Of a DNA stretch of 64,000 nucleotides, positions 49,851-62,320 are shown piece after piece. Every line of letters starts with the position of its first letter. Position 1 is the stretch's first letter. The position numbers were made by a program, and so were the translations under genes. Origin of the DNA: Octopus sinensis (lineage: Eukaryota); contig NC_043008.1 of NCBI RefSeq assembly GCF_006345805.1, positions 21,142,001-21,206,000 of the forward strand, given 5' to 3'. A model generated the notes under the pieces. The model saw only the letters and a program-made list of their open reading frames with translations. It ran no database searches and was not told the origin of the DNA.

Positions 49851-50015
49851 AATTTTATTTAGAGTAGGATCAAACTGTTTTTTGAGTTTGTATTGAATTT
49901 AAATATTTGGTACTGCATTCACCTTCATACGCGCACTCCGCGCTAGCTAGTCGTGACTAGTCGATCCTACAACGACTACCTAGCAATGAAAATAAAACAC
50001 AAAATAAATAATTTT

Positions 50016-50090
50016 GTTTTATTTATTTATTTTATTTTATTTTATCTAGTTTCAGCTCACGAGCTGTGGCCATGCTGGGGCACCGCCATT
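50016..50090 (-). mobile_element. Extremely 5'-truncated copy of the CR1/L2 LINE tail
   Basis: AATGGCGGTGCCCCAGCATGGCCACAGCTCGTGAGCTGAAACTAGAT(AAAAT)n, nearly identical to 40443-40500. Confidence 0.85.
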
Positions 50091-50319
50091 CGTATAATTT
50101 TTGTATAATTTAGTATAATTTTTGTGTTTCTTTATTGGCGTGTGAACATAGCTGTCATAGGAACATGTTAATATGGGTTGAATAGATCTATGCAGTCATC
50201 ATTCTATTTTTCTCATTAATTCTTCATGACCCCTAATACATTCTAGCTACATTAATTTATGACACTCTTTGAACAAATGAATATGCCTGTTTTATTTTAT
50301 TTAAATAAAAAAATTTTTT

Positions 50320-50537
50320 TATTGCCCACAAGGAGCTAAACATAGAGGGGACAAACAAGGACAGACAAAGAGATTAAGTTGATTACATCGACTCCAGTGT
50401 GTAACTGGTACTTAATTTATTGACCCCGAAAAGATGAATGGCAAAGTCAATCTCGGCGGAATTTGAACTCAGTATGTAATGGCAGACAAAATACCAATAA
50501 GCATTTCGCCCAGTGTGCTAACGTTTCTGCCAGCTTC
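50320..50537 (-). mobile_element. SINE family B
   Basis: Full-length match. Confidence 0.88.
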
Positions 50538-51744
50538 CTGTGTTCATGGCTGTGGGTTGGGTACCTCAAATACTACTACCCACTACCACCATTCCTCACC
50601 ATACACAGCAGTTTCTTGATGTGAATGTGCAATGTGCCAGTGTCCTTCCCACCTACGCTTTGATGTCATTCTCCATCATTGCCATTGTCACCCTCAAGCC
50701 CATTTTCCATCTGCAGTCTTGTGGCTGAAACAAGCAAAATACCAAAATTAAAGATATTCATAGTGACATTGAACACGTTACCAGCCTACTGTTGTTACCA
50801 CAACTTGAATCAAACTACTTTTAGAAAATAAACAAATCAAAGATGAAGTTATTTTTATTTTACATTTAAAGATTTCAAAATAACTATCTTTGAGAATATT
50901 ATACTATTCTGAAATTCATAATTTATCCCAAAGTTATATAGTTTTGCAAATAAAAATATTTTTGAAAATTTTGAGTTCCAGCAGAGAATATTTTTGCCTT
51001 TTAAAATGTGAAAAGATATTTTTAGATAAAACATTGAAAATGAAGTAAAACTTTGATATGATAAATTTTCAAACATTTTTGTCTGATATTTAATTTTCAA
51101 ATGTGGATTTGGTGGTTATTAAAATTTATATGTTTATAAGAATTCTTAAAGTGAGATATGCCTAAGTACCAGATATATCATCGTCTACTTACTTCATTTA
51201 AGCCCTTCACTGTTTATGTAGCATAAGCCATTGTTAACTTTTCTTCATTTTTCTCAATTCTGGTCTGTCTTTTATGCTTCTCCCCAGTTGGAGCACCTTT
51301 TTTTTTTTTTTACAGTCCTGCCTCAGTATTGCACTTCATATGTTTCCATGATGGAAGGCTTCCTTCTCCAAGGTTTTCTTGGTTTTGGAATTGTTATCAA
51401 TGCTCCAGCATTTTTCTGGGTTTTTCTAGGTTGTCGCGTCGACCCTACTCAAACCCATTTTTACCCTTGGATAGATGTGTTCCATATTAGTCTGGCCTTT
51501 CTTCTTTGATCTGTCTAGACTAGGAGGCCCTGCCAACATAATCTCAGGAACAGGGAGTACAGGGTGTGCAAGCACAGCCCTTAAAATTTTGTGAGGACAA
51601 TGAAAACACTTTGAACATCCTCCTGAAAAACTTCACTGCCAAAATAAACAAGTGTTGAAATGTTTTTGGGTTGACTTGAAACATTACTTTTCCTTTATTA
51701 GATTTATCTGATTTGATTGATGTACAAATATAATAATATTATTA

Positions 51745-53432
51745 TCATAAAATGTTTGACTATTGCTTTGTATTTGTACAAGTTGACTCCAAGTCTCACC
51801 CAGAGACCTCAAGACACAACAAGTTAGAAGTGTTATACCTAGGGTGTCATATATTTGGTTTTGCACATAGTATTGTTCTAGAGAATGTTTAAGAAAACTT
51901 AAGAAAATTATAAGTTTGTTTTAAAATTTGAAATTACATAGACAATGTTTTACGTAGGATATAGGCAGTTCCCATGGACACTATCTTTTGAAATTCTGCC
52001 ATTTTGGGGTTTCCTGGTATCTGAGCTAGGTAGCAATCAGCCCCTTTTGCTATTATTCCTAGGGCACCTATGACAACAAGTATTGTTTTAGTCTTGAGGT
52101 TCCACATTTTACCAATTTCTATTTCAAAATCTTTATACTTGCTCAGTTTTTGGTAGGTCTTGACAGATACGTTTATATCGATTGGGACAGTCATATCAAT
52201 GAGGAGGCATAATTTTTGTCTGAAGTCTTTCATTATAATGTCTGGCCTATTCGTATCTATCTTTCTGTCAGTTTGAATGGTGACTTTCCAGAGGAGTGAG
52301 ATGTGATCATTTTCAAGCACTGGAGCTGGTTTGTGTTCCCATTAGTTTTTATCATGGGGCAGGTCCAGATTTTTGCAAATTACCCAGTGAATATATTGTG
52401 CTGCTCTATCATGCCTGTTGAGATACTATGGAAGGTGCAAGAAGACTGCACTTGGAGACATCATGATTAATGGATTAATTTTGTTGTTTACATACATGAC
52501 ACGTTGGGCTATGGACATTCATTAATAATGAATTGACCTGGTAGTTCCTTGTAGGTAGGCATTGATCTTGGGCAGCTACGATAAACCCTTCTCTTTCTGA
52601 TTTTAAGCCAGAAGAAACTAACCATTGATGGGTAAGCGCTTTGTCAACATTGACACTATTATCTCTCTCTGAGTATTTGCCATTGAGAGGTTTTCCTTGT
52701 CATTTATCAGTAAGAATATCTAAGGCAGCAGTTTTAGTACGGGTTTTCATACGCTTAGCTTTTTCTGTGCTTGTTTCCAGTATGTCTAATCCTGGAATTT
52801 ATTGCATTTAGAATTCACTTAGATATTCCTTTGCCTGTTTTATGTTATTTAGTATGATACTTTCTTGTTTTCATGCTTTAAGACAAGTCTTAACATCTAG
52901 TCATCAAAGTTTTTCACGTAGGTGTTTAGACCAGTTGTGGCAATCTCCATTCTTAATTCCAGTTCTAAAAGTCCATGGCCACCCTCTTTTCTTGGTAGGT
53001 AAAGTCATTCTATATCTGCCTTAGGGTGGTGCATTCTATGTATTGTCAACAATTTTCGTATTTTCCTGTCATGATTACATATTTCAATAATTGACCAGTT
53101 AATGATATTTAAACTGTAAGTCATGACCAGTATGGCTAAAGTATTGATTGCTTTGATCCTGTTTCTTGCATTCAGCTCTGTCTTGAGTATTGCCCTTACC
53201 CTGCAATAACATTCTCTTCTGATCTTTTCCCTCATTATTGAATATTTGATTCCATCACCTTTAAATAACCTTGGGTATTTGTAGCTCTCCGCTAGTTGTA
53301 ACTCCTTTATGACATTCTGCTGGTCAAGATTAACATTGGATGTTTCTGTCATTTTTCCATTGATAAAAGTAGTTTTTGCACATTTATCAAGGCCAAATTG
53401 CCAAACTGTTAATATCATTATTGAAGGCTTTT
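51745..53432 (-). mobile_element. R4/Dong-type LINE, 5'-truncated (RT thumb, CCHC, RLE)
   Basis: FGLDKCAK...ESYKY...LKTELNARNRIKAINTLA...RKIRKLLTIHRMHHPKAD and RPDIIMKD...LLIDMTVP...KLSKYKD..IEI.KMW. Confidence 0.92.
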
Positions 53433-53959
53433 GGTTGGTGTTCGGTTAGTGTTTACAGAGAGAGAAAGAGAAAGAGGTGCAGAAGGAGGGAAGATAATTT
53501 GTGGGTGTGCACATATGTATCTATGTCTCAGATATTTCTCCACCTAGATATGATGTGACCAGGTCACTAACAAGGATCTGATTCAAAATGTTTTGGTAGA
53601 ATATATTTGTCACCATTACTATTATTATTATGTGCTAAAATAACTTTGATTTTTCCGTAAATCTGTGTTATTAGAGATGATATTATTCAATATTTAATGA
53701 TAGAGCGTGTAGGCTAAGCTGATTATTATTTTTCAGTTAAGTTGATGTCCTTTAGTGTGCGACATTAATCAGCTGAACTCTGATGGTTATTAATCAAGTG
53801 TGTTTGCTCTGCCAACTCCATGCTTTAATCTTATAAAAGCTAAACAAGTGACTCACTCTGAACAGTTTGTTTGCCAAATTTCCTGAACAGAAAACTGTAG
53901 TTGACTGCTTTAAAAAATGATTATCGCAAATTGTGATTCCTGTATGTTACAGAGGAGAT

Positions 53960-54490
53960 GTCAAGGCACATGGCTTAGTGGTTAGGGTATTCAGCTAATG
54001 ATTATAAGGTCACGAGTTCAGTCTCTGGTGACATGTTCTGTCCTTGAGCAAGATGCTTTATTTCATGTTGTTCCAGTCCACTGAATTGGCAAAAATGTGT
54101 AGTACCTGTATTTCAAAGGGCCTGCTTGTCATGTTCTGTGTCATGCTGAATCCTCCTGAGAAGTTACCATATTTTTGTTGAGATGCTCTGTTTCTTTCAA
54201 TTGATTTTAAATATAACAAAGAATTTAGTAAAATAACTTAGTTATCCTTAAGCTAGTGTTAGGAACATAAATTACGACTAAGGTTTGGTGGAAGACTTTA
54301 ATTCAGAACTTTTGAAAACAGGACATTTGTACTACAGAGCCCGATGCAGTTTCAGGTGGGTTGGTACCAATACAGTTAAGGGTACGCATATGTGTGGATT
54401 GCTCAGCCATTTACACATTAATTTCAGAAGTGGGCTGTTCCATTGATTAGATCAACTTGAATCCTCATCATAACTGACAGAGTGTGCCAG
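53960..54490 (+). mobile_element. tRNA-derived SINE (family D-like head) interrupted by the piggyBac MITE at 54163-54379
   Basis: GGCACATGGCTTAGTGGTTAGGG...GAGTTCAGTC...CCTTGAGCAAG; MITE ends in TTAA. Confidence 0.7.
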
Positions 54491-54724
54491 TAAAATATAT
54501 AACATGGTCAGATCTAGAAATTCTGCTTAAACAGTTTTTTTTTTATCTGTAACCTCCATAATGGTGTCCTGCTGAAAAGAAATCTGACCTTGGATATTGC
54601 AAATCAGCAACAGTATTATAGCAATCAAAATATAAAGGCTAATAATTAATTTGTGTAGATAAATGTGCTTCCATAAACTCTGTCTGATGAATAGAAGTAT
54701 GGGAAATTGGATGTTAAAATGGTG

Positions 54725-54778
54725 GTGACGAGTAGGAGGATGAGGATGATGAGGAGGAGGAGGCGGAAGAGAATGACC

Positions 54779-54809
<31 letters not shown>

Positions 54810-54985
54810 GGAGGAGGAGGAGGAAGAGAACGACCATGATGATAATGGTAATGATGATGATGAGGCAGAGGAAGAGAATGACCATGATGATGATGGTGAT
54901 GATGATGAGGAAGGGGTGACCATGATGATGATAGTGATGATGATGAGGAGGAGGAGGAGGAGAAGGATCATGATGATGATGATTA
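54725..54985. repeat. Compound (GAT)n/(GAG)n repeat with higher-order GAAGAGAATGACCATGATGATG unit
   Basis: Direct inspection. Confidence 0.9.
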
Positions 54986-55038
54986 TGTTGACGGTCTGCC
55001 TGTGTAATTTGATAGGATGTCTTTTTTCTCACATCTAG

Positions 55039-55217
55039 GAAAGAAAGATACAAACTGCTTGAACATTACCAGTCTGTTTGGGAAGATTTTGAAAAGAAAT
55101 ACAAAAGCCTAAAACCAGCTCAGATACTGGAAAAAGAGATGAAGAACCTAACTCTGGCTGAAAAATTTCTCTCTAATATACAGGATGAGAAACAACATGT
55201 AACAAAGAATATGAAAG
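55039..55217 (+). CDS. SIX6OS1: Internal coding exon of SIX6OS1-like gene (179 nt, phase 2 to phase 1)
   Basis: CTTTTTTCTCACATCTAG| ... |GTAAGA; in frame: KERYKLLEHYQSVWEDFEKKYKSLKPAQILEKEMKNLTLAEKFLSNIQDEKQHVTKNMK vs recalled human KEMYHDYICQYKEVLKQYQLKYSETPFS. Confidence 0.82.
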
Positions 55218-55333
55218 GTAAGACCAATTTATAAATGTCTTTTGACAATTTCTGGCCAAATAATTTCTTTTGTTTCATGAAACTGGTTAAGGACTTCACA
55301 AAGATGAGCAGGGCTGAGACTTCACAAAGATGA

Positions 55334-55726
55334 GCAGGAGTGGCTGTGTGGTAAGTAGCTTGCTAACCAACCACATGGTTCTGGGTTCAGTCCCACTGCG
55401 TGGCACCTTGGGCAAGTGTCTTCTACTATAGCCTCGGGCCGACCAAAGCCTTGTGAGTGGATTTGGTAGACGGAAAACTGAAAGAAACCCGTCGTGTATA
55501 TGTATATATATATATATATGCGTTTGTGTGTCTGTGTTTGTCCCCCTAGCATTGCTTGACAACCGATGCTGGTGTGTTTATGTCCCTGTTGCTTAGCGGT
55601 TCGGCAAAAGAGTCCGATAGAATAAGTACTGGGCTTACAAAAGAATAAGCCCCGGGGTTGAGTTGCTCGATTAAAGGCGGTGCTCCAGCATGGCCGCAGT
55701 CAAATGACTGAAACAAGTAAAAGAGT
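55334..55726 (+). mobile_element. SINE family A with 33-bp target duplication
   Basis: TAAGGACTTCACAAAGATGAGCAGGGCTGAGAC at 55288-55320 and 55726-55758. Confidence 0.92.
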
Positions 55727-56029
55727 AAGGACTTCACAAAGATGAGCAGGGCTGAGACATAATGGTAAATTCCAGGTGAACTGAGTCAATCACTAAGTGT
55801 CAGTTTTCATTTATATCTCTTTAGAAGAATCTTATCTCTTTTGTAATTCTGAGGTTCCATGCTTCTTTATTTACACAAGAAGCATTATTCAATAAATACT
55901 ACCTCTGAAAAGGTTCTACTGAAACCGATTTTCCGGATAATGGCATATAAAGGATTTTAATGAGCATTATTCTATTTCTTCTCTATGTCTTTCGTTCCAT
56001 CTTTGATTTCAAAGGAAAATAAACTGTTC

Positions 56030-56044
56030 CATGTGTGTATGTGG

Positions 56045-56078
<34 letters not shown>

Positions 56079-57000
56079 TTGCATGCATGTGTGTTTGTGT
56101 GTGTGTGCTTTTGTGTGAATGTTTGTGTGTGCATGCATGTGTGTCTGTGTGTGCACATGCATATATGTGTGTGTGTTTGTGCTTGCATGTGTGTGTGTGT
56201 GTGCGTGCGTGCATGTGTGTGTATTTGTATGCATGTGTGTTTGTGTGTGTGCTTGTGTGAATGTTTGTGTGTGCATGCATGTGTGTGTGTGCACGTGCAT
56301 ATATGTGTGTTTGTGCTTGCATGTGTGTGTGTGCATGTGTGTGAATTTGCATGCATGTGTTTGTGTGTGTGTGTGCACGTGCATATATGTGTGTGTTTGT
56401 GCTTGCATGTGTGTGTGTGTGTGTGTGTGTGCGTGCATGCATGTGTGTGTATTTGTATGCATGTGTGTTTATGTGTGTGTGTGCTTTTGTGTGAATGTTT
56501 GTGTGTGCATGCATGTGTGTCTGTGTGTGCACATGCATATATGTGTGTGTGTTTGTGCTTGCATGTGTGTGTGTGTGTGCGTGCGTGCATGCATGTGTGT
56601 GTATTTGTATGCATGTGTGCTTGTGTGTGTGTGCTTGTGTGAATGTTTGTGTGTGCATGCATGTGTGTGTGTGCACGTGCATATATGTGTGTTTGTGCTT
56701 GCATGTGTGTGTGCATGTGTGTTTGTGTGTGTGTGTGCATGTGCATATATGTGTGTTTGTGCTTGCATGTGTGTGTGCATGTGTGTGTGTGTGTGTGCAT
56801 GTGCATATATGTGTGTGTTTGTGCTTGCATGTGTGTGTGTTGTGCTTGCATGTGTGGTGTGTGTGTGTGTGCATGTGCATATATGTGTGTGTTTGTGCTT
56901 GCATGTGTGTGTGCATGTGTGTGTGTGTGTGTGTGTGCATGTGCATATATGTGTGTGTTTGTGCTTGCATGTGTGTGTGTGTGTGTGTATGTGTGTATCA
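56030..57000. repeat. (TG)n-derived complex minisatellite with higher-order repeats
   Basis: Recurring GTGCTTGCATGTGTGTG / GTGCATATATGTGTG / GTGAATGTTTGTG blocks. Confidence 0.95.
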
Positions 57001-58354
57001 TTAGGTTCTGATTGCTTTCTCTCTTCAAACACAAAGCTGAAGATTTTAAGGTGGAGTTGAAAATAAGAATGGTAATTGTGTGCAATCTATAGGTGTGCTT
57101 TTATGCAGCAAGCACCTAAATGAGACAATCTCTCAGGGTAGTATTCAGTGTTCGAACAAGGCATCCATGTTAAGTTGGATCTAAAGATTATCTTTAAGAA
57201 CTGTAATGCTTGTGTTTTCACACAACTGTAGTGGCAGGCTAGGGGAAATACCTACAATATGATATCAGAGCTGTGGCAGCAACCTGGCAGAATTGGTACC
57301 ATGCCAAGCAAAATGCTTCGCAGCATTTCGTTTGTTTTTATGTTCTGAATTCAAATTCCACTGAGGTCAATTTTACCTTTCATCTTTTTGGGGGTCAACA
57401 ACAGTAAATGTCTTAAAGTTGGTCAAACCCAGGCCAGCTCTGATTAATTTAACCTATGACCAAAACGAATCAGTCATGATGACCATCCAGTCTTTTGCTT
57501 GGGCAGTGTTTATGTCAGTATCAGCATTGGTGTCGATGTAATAGACTAGCCCCTTTCGCCCTAAAATTGCTGGCCTTGTATCAAAAATTTAAACCAGTAT
57601 TATATCAGAGCTAGATTGTTTTATTCTTTTTTTTAAAATTTTGTTAACGTTTCAGTCATTTGACTGCAGCCATGCTGGAGCACTGCCTTTAGTCAAAGAA
57701 ATCAACTGGTTGTGAGTTGTATTCTTGAGCAAAACGCTGTATTTCACGTTGCTCTAGTTCACTCAGCTGTGGAAATGAGTTGCAAGGTCACTGGTGCCAA
57801 ACTGTATTGGTCTTTGCCTTTCCCTTGGATAACACTGGTGTCGTACTTTATTTATCAACCCAGGAAAGGTCGAAAGTAAAGTTGAAATTTAGTAAGACAT
57901 GAACTCAGAATATAAAAGAGTCAGCACAAATACCACAAAGCACTTTTCTTGCCAATTAAATGACACTGGCAGGAACCCCTATTTGGTCACTTGACATGCA
58001 AGAAAGAACAACCAAATCTTCACAATGGAAAAATGGAAGGCCACATTGAATAGCACAGCTATATATACACTGTACCTAAAAGAAAAAAGATGGTATGGTC
58101 ACAACTTGAATGCTTTTAGGAAAGCGGTTTTTAAAATAAATTACGATCTTATCTATAGTTTTGGTGTTGTCACAATGTTAGGAAACCTCATAATTAGTAT
58201 AATTGCATTGCCAATTTGGATTTGCTTCTTTCACTTATCTGCTATTGTCCCCTGTTTCTTATGACCTTCTTTTAACGGCAGTTAGGCTTTCCAATATTAT
58301 TTGTATATAAACATTTGAAGAAAACATTGCAAACGAGAAAAGTCAACCCCTGTA

Positions 58355-58846
58355 TACCGTAAATCCTCGAGTATAGTCCACCCTTGAGTATAATACGCAG
58401 GGGATTTTTAGAGGGCTGTACCTCTGAAAAACCTAAACCTTGTGTATAATACGCATACCTTCTCTAACTTGAGTCAAGGAGGTCTATATAATATCCTTGG
58501 TTTGTAAAACAGTATACAGTAATGTCCTTTATTATTATTGTATATATAACACAATGCAAACATGTAGCTTTTTTGTGCATTTTGTTTGCAGAAAATAAAG
58601 AAATAACAGTAATAACGTTTAATAAATGTTGCTTACTACATGTTATGGATGATTCTTTTATGACTTCATTGCTTTCAGGATTAGCTTAAGGATGCATCTG
58701 AATAAACATTGCCGGACAGCAAATAGAAACTCGGACATTGCTTCGAAAATAATTTTCATTTTTAACCTCGCATATAGTATGCACTAGGGATATTGACCTT
58801 TAAATTTTGGCAAAAAAATGTGGATTATACTCGAGGATTTACGGTA
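58355..58846. mobile_element. pogo/Tigger-type MITE
   Basis: TA|CCGTAAATCCTCGAGTATA ... TATACTCGAGGATTTACGG|TA. Confidence 0.9.
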
Positions 58847-59529
58847 TGTCTTACAGCTGAGCTCTGATTAATTTAACCTGATTTAACAGGTGAGCTCTGG
58901 TTAATTTAACCTATGGTCAAAGCAAATCATTGATGACCATCTTGTCTTTTGTTCAGGCAGTGTTCATCCAGAACAGTATCAGTCCTTTCCCTTTTAAAAA
59001 AAGTAGTTATTTGGTGGAGACTTGGCTACTCTCTTTAGGCAAGTTGAATGACAACATAATGACTCCCCTCATTGCATGACACTAATCAATTTTGTTGAAT
59101 TTGTTTACAGTATACAAATGTTGAATACTGTGATATTAATTATAGATAAGTCTAGTGGTACTCATTTCATAAAGACTCATATCATGTAGAGGAGTGGAGA
59201 TACTTCATTCTTTTTCATTAATAGTAATCACCCTGTTCTCATACTACAATCTATTACAACTTGCTGTTTTCAAATCTAGCCATATTGCTATTGCACACAC
59301 TACACTTTTCAAATCCAATTTCTGTGATAGAATGGCTATTGGTTCCTAATTTTGTTTTTACTGTTTCGCTTAGAAAGGATATTCTTTTAGACAAGTCCAA
59401 ACTGTTCGGGACAGCTACAGCCTGATGACAAAACCAGGGGGCATATTCTAGTTGAATTGAGACTGATTGATTTTCTTTGGAAAACTTGGTCAAAATATTT
59501 AAAATGTTAATATATTTGAGTGGGGAAAG

Positions 59530-59995
59530 TGCAAGCATAGCTGTGTTACAAGAAGCTTGCTTTACAACCACAGGCTCTTGTGTTCAGTCCCACTTCATGC
59601 TATTATGTACAAGTGTCTTCTACTATAGCCTTCAGGCTGACCATAAGCCTTGTGAGTTGACTTGGTTGGTGAAAACTGAAAGAAGCCTGTTGTGTACATA
59701 TGTATATGTATATGTATGTATGTGTGTGTGATCATGCATGTGTGTGTTACTGTCTGTTTGCCTTGGCATTATGTGATAGTTGTAAATGAATATCACCATC
59801 ATGCAAGCAGTGTCCTTTGTTTCTCATCTGCCATGAAAGCCTGTCTGATCATGGGAGAAATATTACCTTGGTTGGAAACAGATGAGGGTTGGTGACGGGA
59901 AGGACATCCAGCTGTAGAAAATTCTACCTCAGTACATTCCATCCAATCCATGCAAGCATGGAAAAGCAAACATTAAAAGCATGACAATGATGATC
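59530..59995 (+). mobile_element. Chimeric SINE: family A head/CORE with family C (RTE-type) tail
   Basis: GCTGTGTT..TTCAGTCCCAC..CAAGTGTCTTCTACTATAGCC head; GGAAGGACATCCAGCTGTAGAAA..CATGCAAGCATGGAAAAG..ATGATG tail. Confidence 0.7.
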
Positions 59996-60196
59996 ATGAT
60001 CTGAGGCTGTTAGTCATCAGTAGGCATTCTTTCCCTGGACCACGGAACAAGAAAAGTTAAAAACATTTGATTGAGTTCAAATTCAGTAGGTGTTTTGTGA
60101 AAAAATATTTTGGCAGTACACTTAATTCTAAAGCCTCAGTTCACCTAGCTTTCAGGAATAGGTGTCAGATCCCGTGAGACTGTTACCTGAACAAAC

Positions 60197-60610
60197 GGGA
60201 TCTTTTCGGTTTGAAAGGCAGTTTTTTTCTAGCGGTGTCATATGAAATTGTCACCCATAATTATGACCCTAGTATCGATCTATTGCATTTCAATCTGTTT
60301 TAGGGTTAGGGTTAGGGGTGGGGGAAAGGTATCTTTTTTACTTCATAAATGTAAATAAACCCAATCTGTTTCTTAAACGAGGGACATATTCGTACGGTAC
60401 AGAATGTTTTTTTTACCTCAATGGATGTCACTGATTGATTGAAATTGCAGAAACTGAAGAAAAAAAAAACAACAAATATCTTACAAACTATAGAATTTTC
60501 TCAATAAAGCCAAGAGAAAAAGATGTTTTATAAACACATTATACCAGTTTAAAATTTTTTAGTTACTTAGAAATTATGTTAAAAACTGCCGTTCAAACTG
60601 AAAAGATCCC
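60197..60610. mobile_element. MITE with ~30-bp TIRs, 4-bp TSD (AAAC) and internal (TTAGGG)3
   Basis: AAAC|GGGATCTTTTCGGTTTGAAAGGCAGTTTTT ... AAAAACTGCCGTTCAAACTGAAAAGATCCC|AAAC. Confidence 0.85.
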
Positions 60611-61489
60611 AAACAGGTGTTCTGATTTGCATACAATTGATCCTTTATTCACTTAGCTACAACACAGCAGCTAAACACAGACCCTTAAAAACTGCTTATA
60701 CTTAGTGATGTTTACTAATAAAACTCATAGTACTAGCTATTCAAAATTACTATTATTTGCGCATAGCTCTATTTTCTCCACTTTTACGCAAAACCTAATA
60801 GTTACTTGTTCATTGTCGGCTAATCTACATTTGATACAGAAATATATGATTTAGTGGTTAAGTGCACTGCTATGACAGCAAATAAGATACAATTTAGAAA
60901 ATTATTATTCACAAGTTTAATGCAATTCATGTGTGTGTGTGTGTGTGTGTGAGATGATATGAATTTAGTTTTTAAAAGATGACCTGTCATTTCTCTAAGA
61001 ACTTTTAATGAAATGAAAAGTTTCTTCCCCCAACAAATAATTGATAGATGTCAATTGGTTTAAAATGTGACATGTGTATTTGAGATTAGGTGTCATAAGA
61101 TATCAAGAACATGAGTTTATAATAAGGATAAATAATAGTGATATAAAATGAAATGATATAATAATTATATATATTAGTGATAGAGCAGTTGGTGGGCTAC
61201 TGAATAGGCTGATATAAGTTTGGATAATTGTATAGTTATCATATGGTATCTCTGACCGAACATGTCACTCCACCAACTTCAACATATTTAGCAGTAATCT
61301 CTGAGTTTTTTTACTTCTTTCTTTTGCGGTTGGAAACATTAAGGACTACCATCAGCTGTTAACTTAGTAGCTACAGCCAAATTTATCCCACTCATGTTAT
61401 ATGTGGAAATAAATGGAACATAGTATGTGTGTATGCAAGTGCTTGTGTGTGACAAAGATAGAAAAAAACTATTCAATACACTTACATAT

Positions 61490-61890
61490 ATGCGCAGGAG
61501 TGGCTGTGTGGTAAGTAGCTTGCTAACCAACCACATGGTTCCGGGTTCAGTCCCACTGCGTGGCATCTTGGGCAAGTGCCTTCTGCTATAGCCTCGGGCC
61601 GACCAATGCCTTGTGAGTGGATTTGGTAGACGGAAACTGAAAGAAGCCTGTCGCATATATGTATATATTTATGTTTGTGTGTCTGTGTTTGTCCCCCTAG
61701 CATTGCTTGACAACCGATGCTGGTGTGTTTACGTCCCCGTCACTTAGCGGTTCGGCAAAAAGAGACCGATAGAATAAGTACTGGGCTTACAAAAGAATAA
61801 GTCCCGGGGTCGATTTGCTCGACTAAAGGCGGTGCTCCAGCATGGCCGCAGTCAAATGGCTGAAACAAGTACAAAAAAAAAAAAAAAAAA
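61490..61890 (+). mobile_element. SINE family A, full length with A-run tail
   Basis: CpG-rich, apparently young copy. Confidence 0.92.
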
Positions 61891-62114
61891 TGTATTGTAT
61901 AGGTTTTATCATAATTATTCTAAGCTGAGTTTCACGTTTCTGATCTTCAGCTTATAATGAATGCATGTGTGTTTATTCCCACCACCCATCATCTCTCTAA
62001 CTACAGTATTCTGCTTGTATTGATACTAAATGGGTGCAGAACCGCATTTTCTCTAGCATTACTGTAATACTTCTTATCCTTCTCACTATCCAGAACCATT
62101 TCATTTCATAACCA

Positions 62115-62320
62115 TCCTTCATTCGGGTTGCTGATCCGTGGAATAAGCTGCCGGACGAGATAGTGAAGATGTCGATGACCGCTCGGTTCAAAGTCTCTCT
62201 TGACTAGAAATGGCCTGAACTCTTTGCATGAACACCCTCCCTGTACATAACTCCATATCCCCCTACATGGCCTTGCTTTTTGCTTTTTGAGCCAAAAAAT
62301 TAACTTAACTTAACTTAACT
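62115..62320 (+). mobile_element. CR1 LINE 3' end with (TAACT)n tail
   Basis: IRVADPWNKLPDEIVKMSMTARFKVSLD*KWPELFA* (RV...WN.LP....FK..LD motif). Confidence 0.85.

Noticed and set aside
55972-57085. Long ORFs of 300+ aa (HTHTH / CVCVC)
   Set aside because: Translations of a (TG)n-derived minisatellite that lacks stop codons in most frames
60299-60325. Interstitial telomere or chromosome fusion scar
   Set aside because: Only three units, located inside a TIR-bounded MITE
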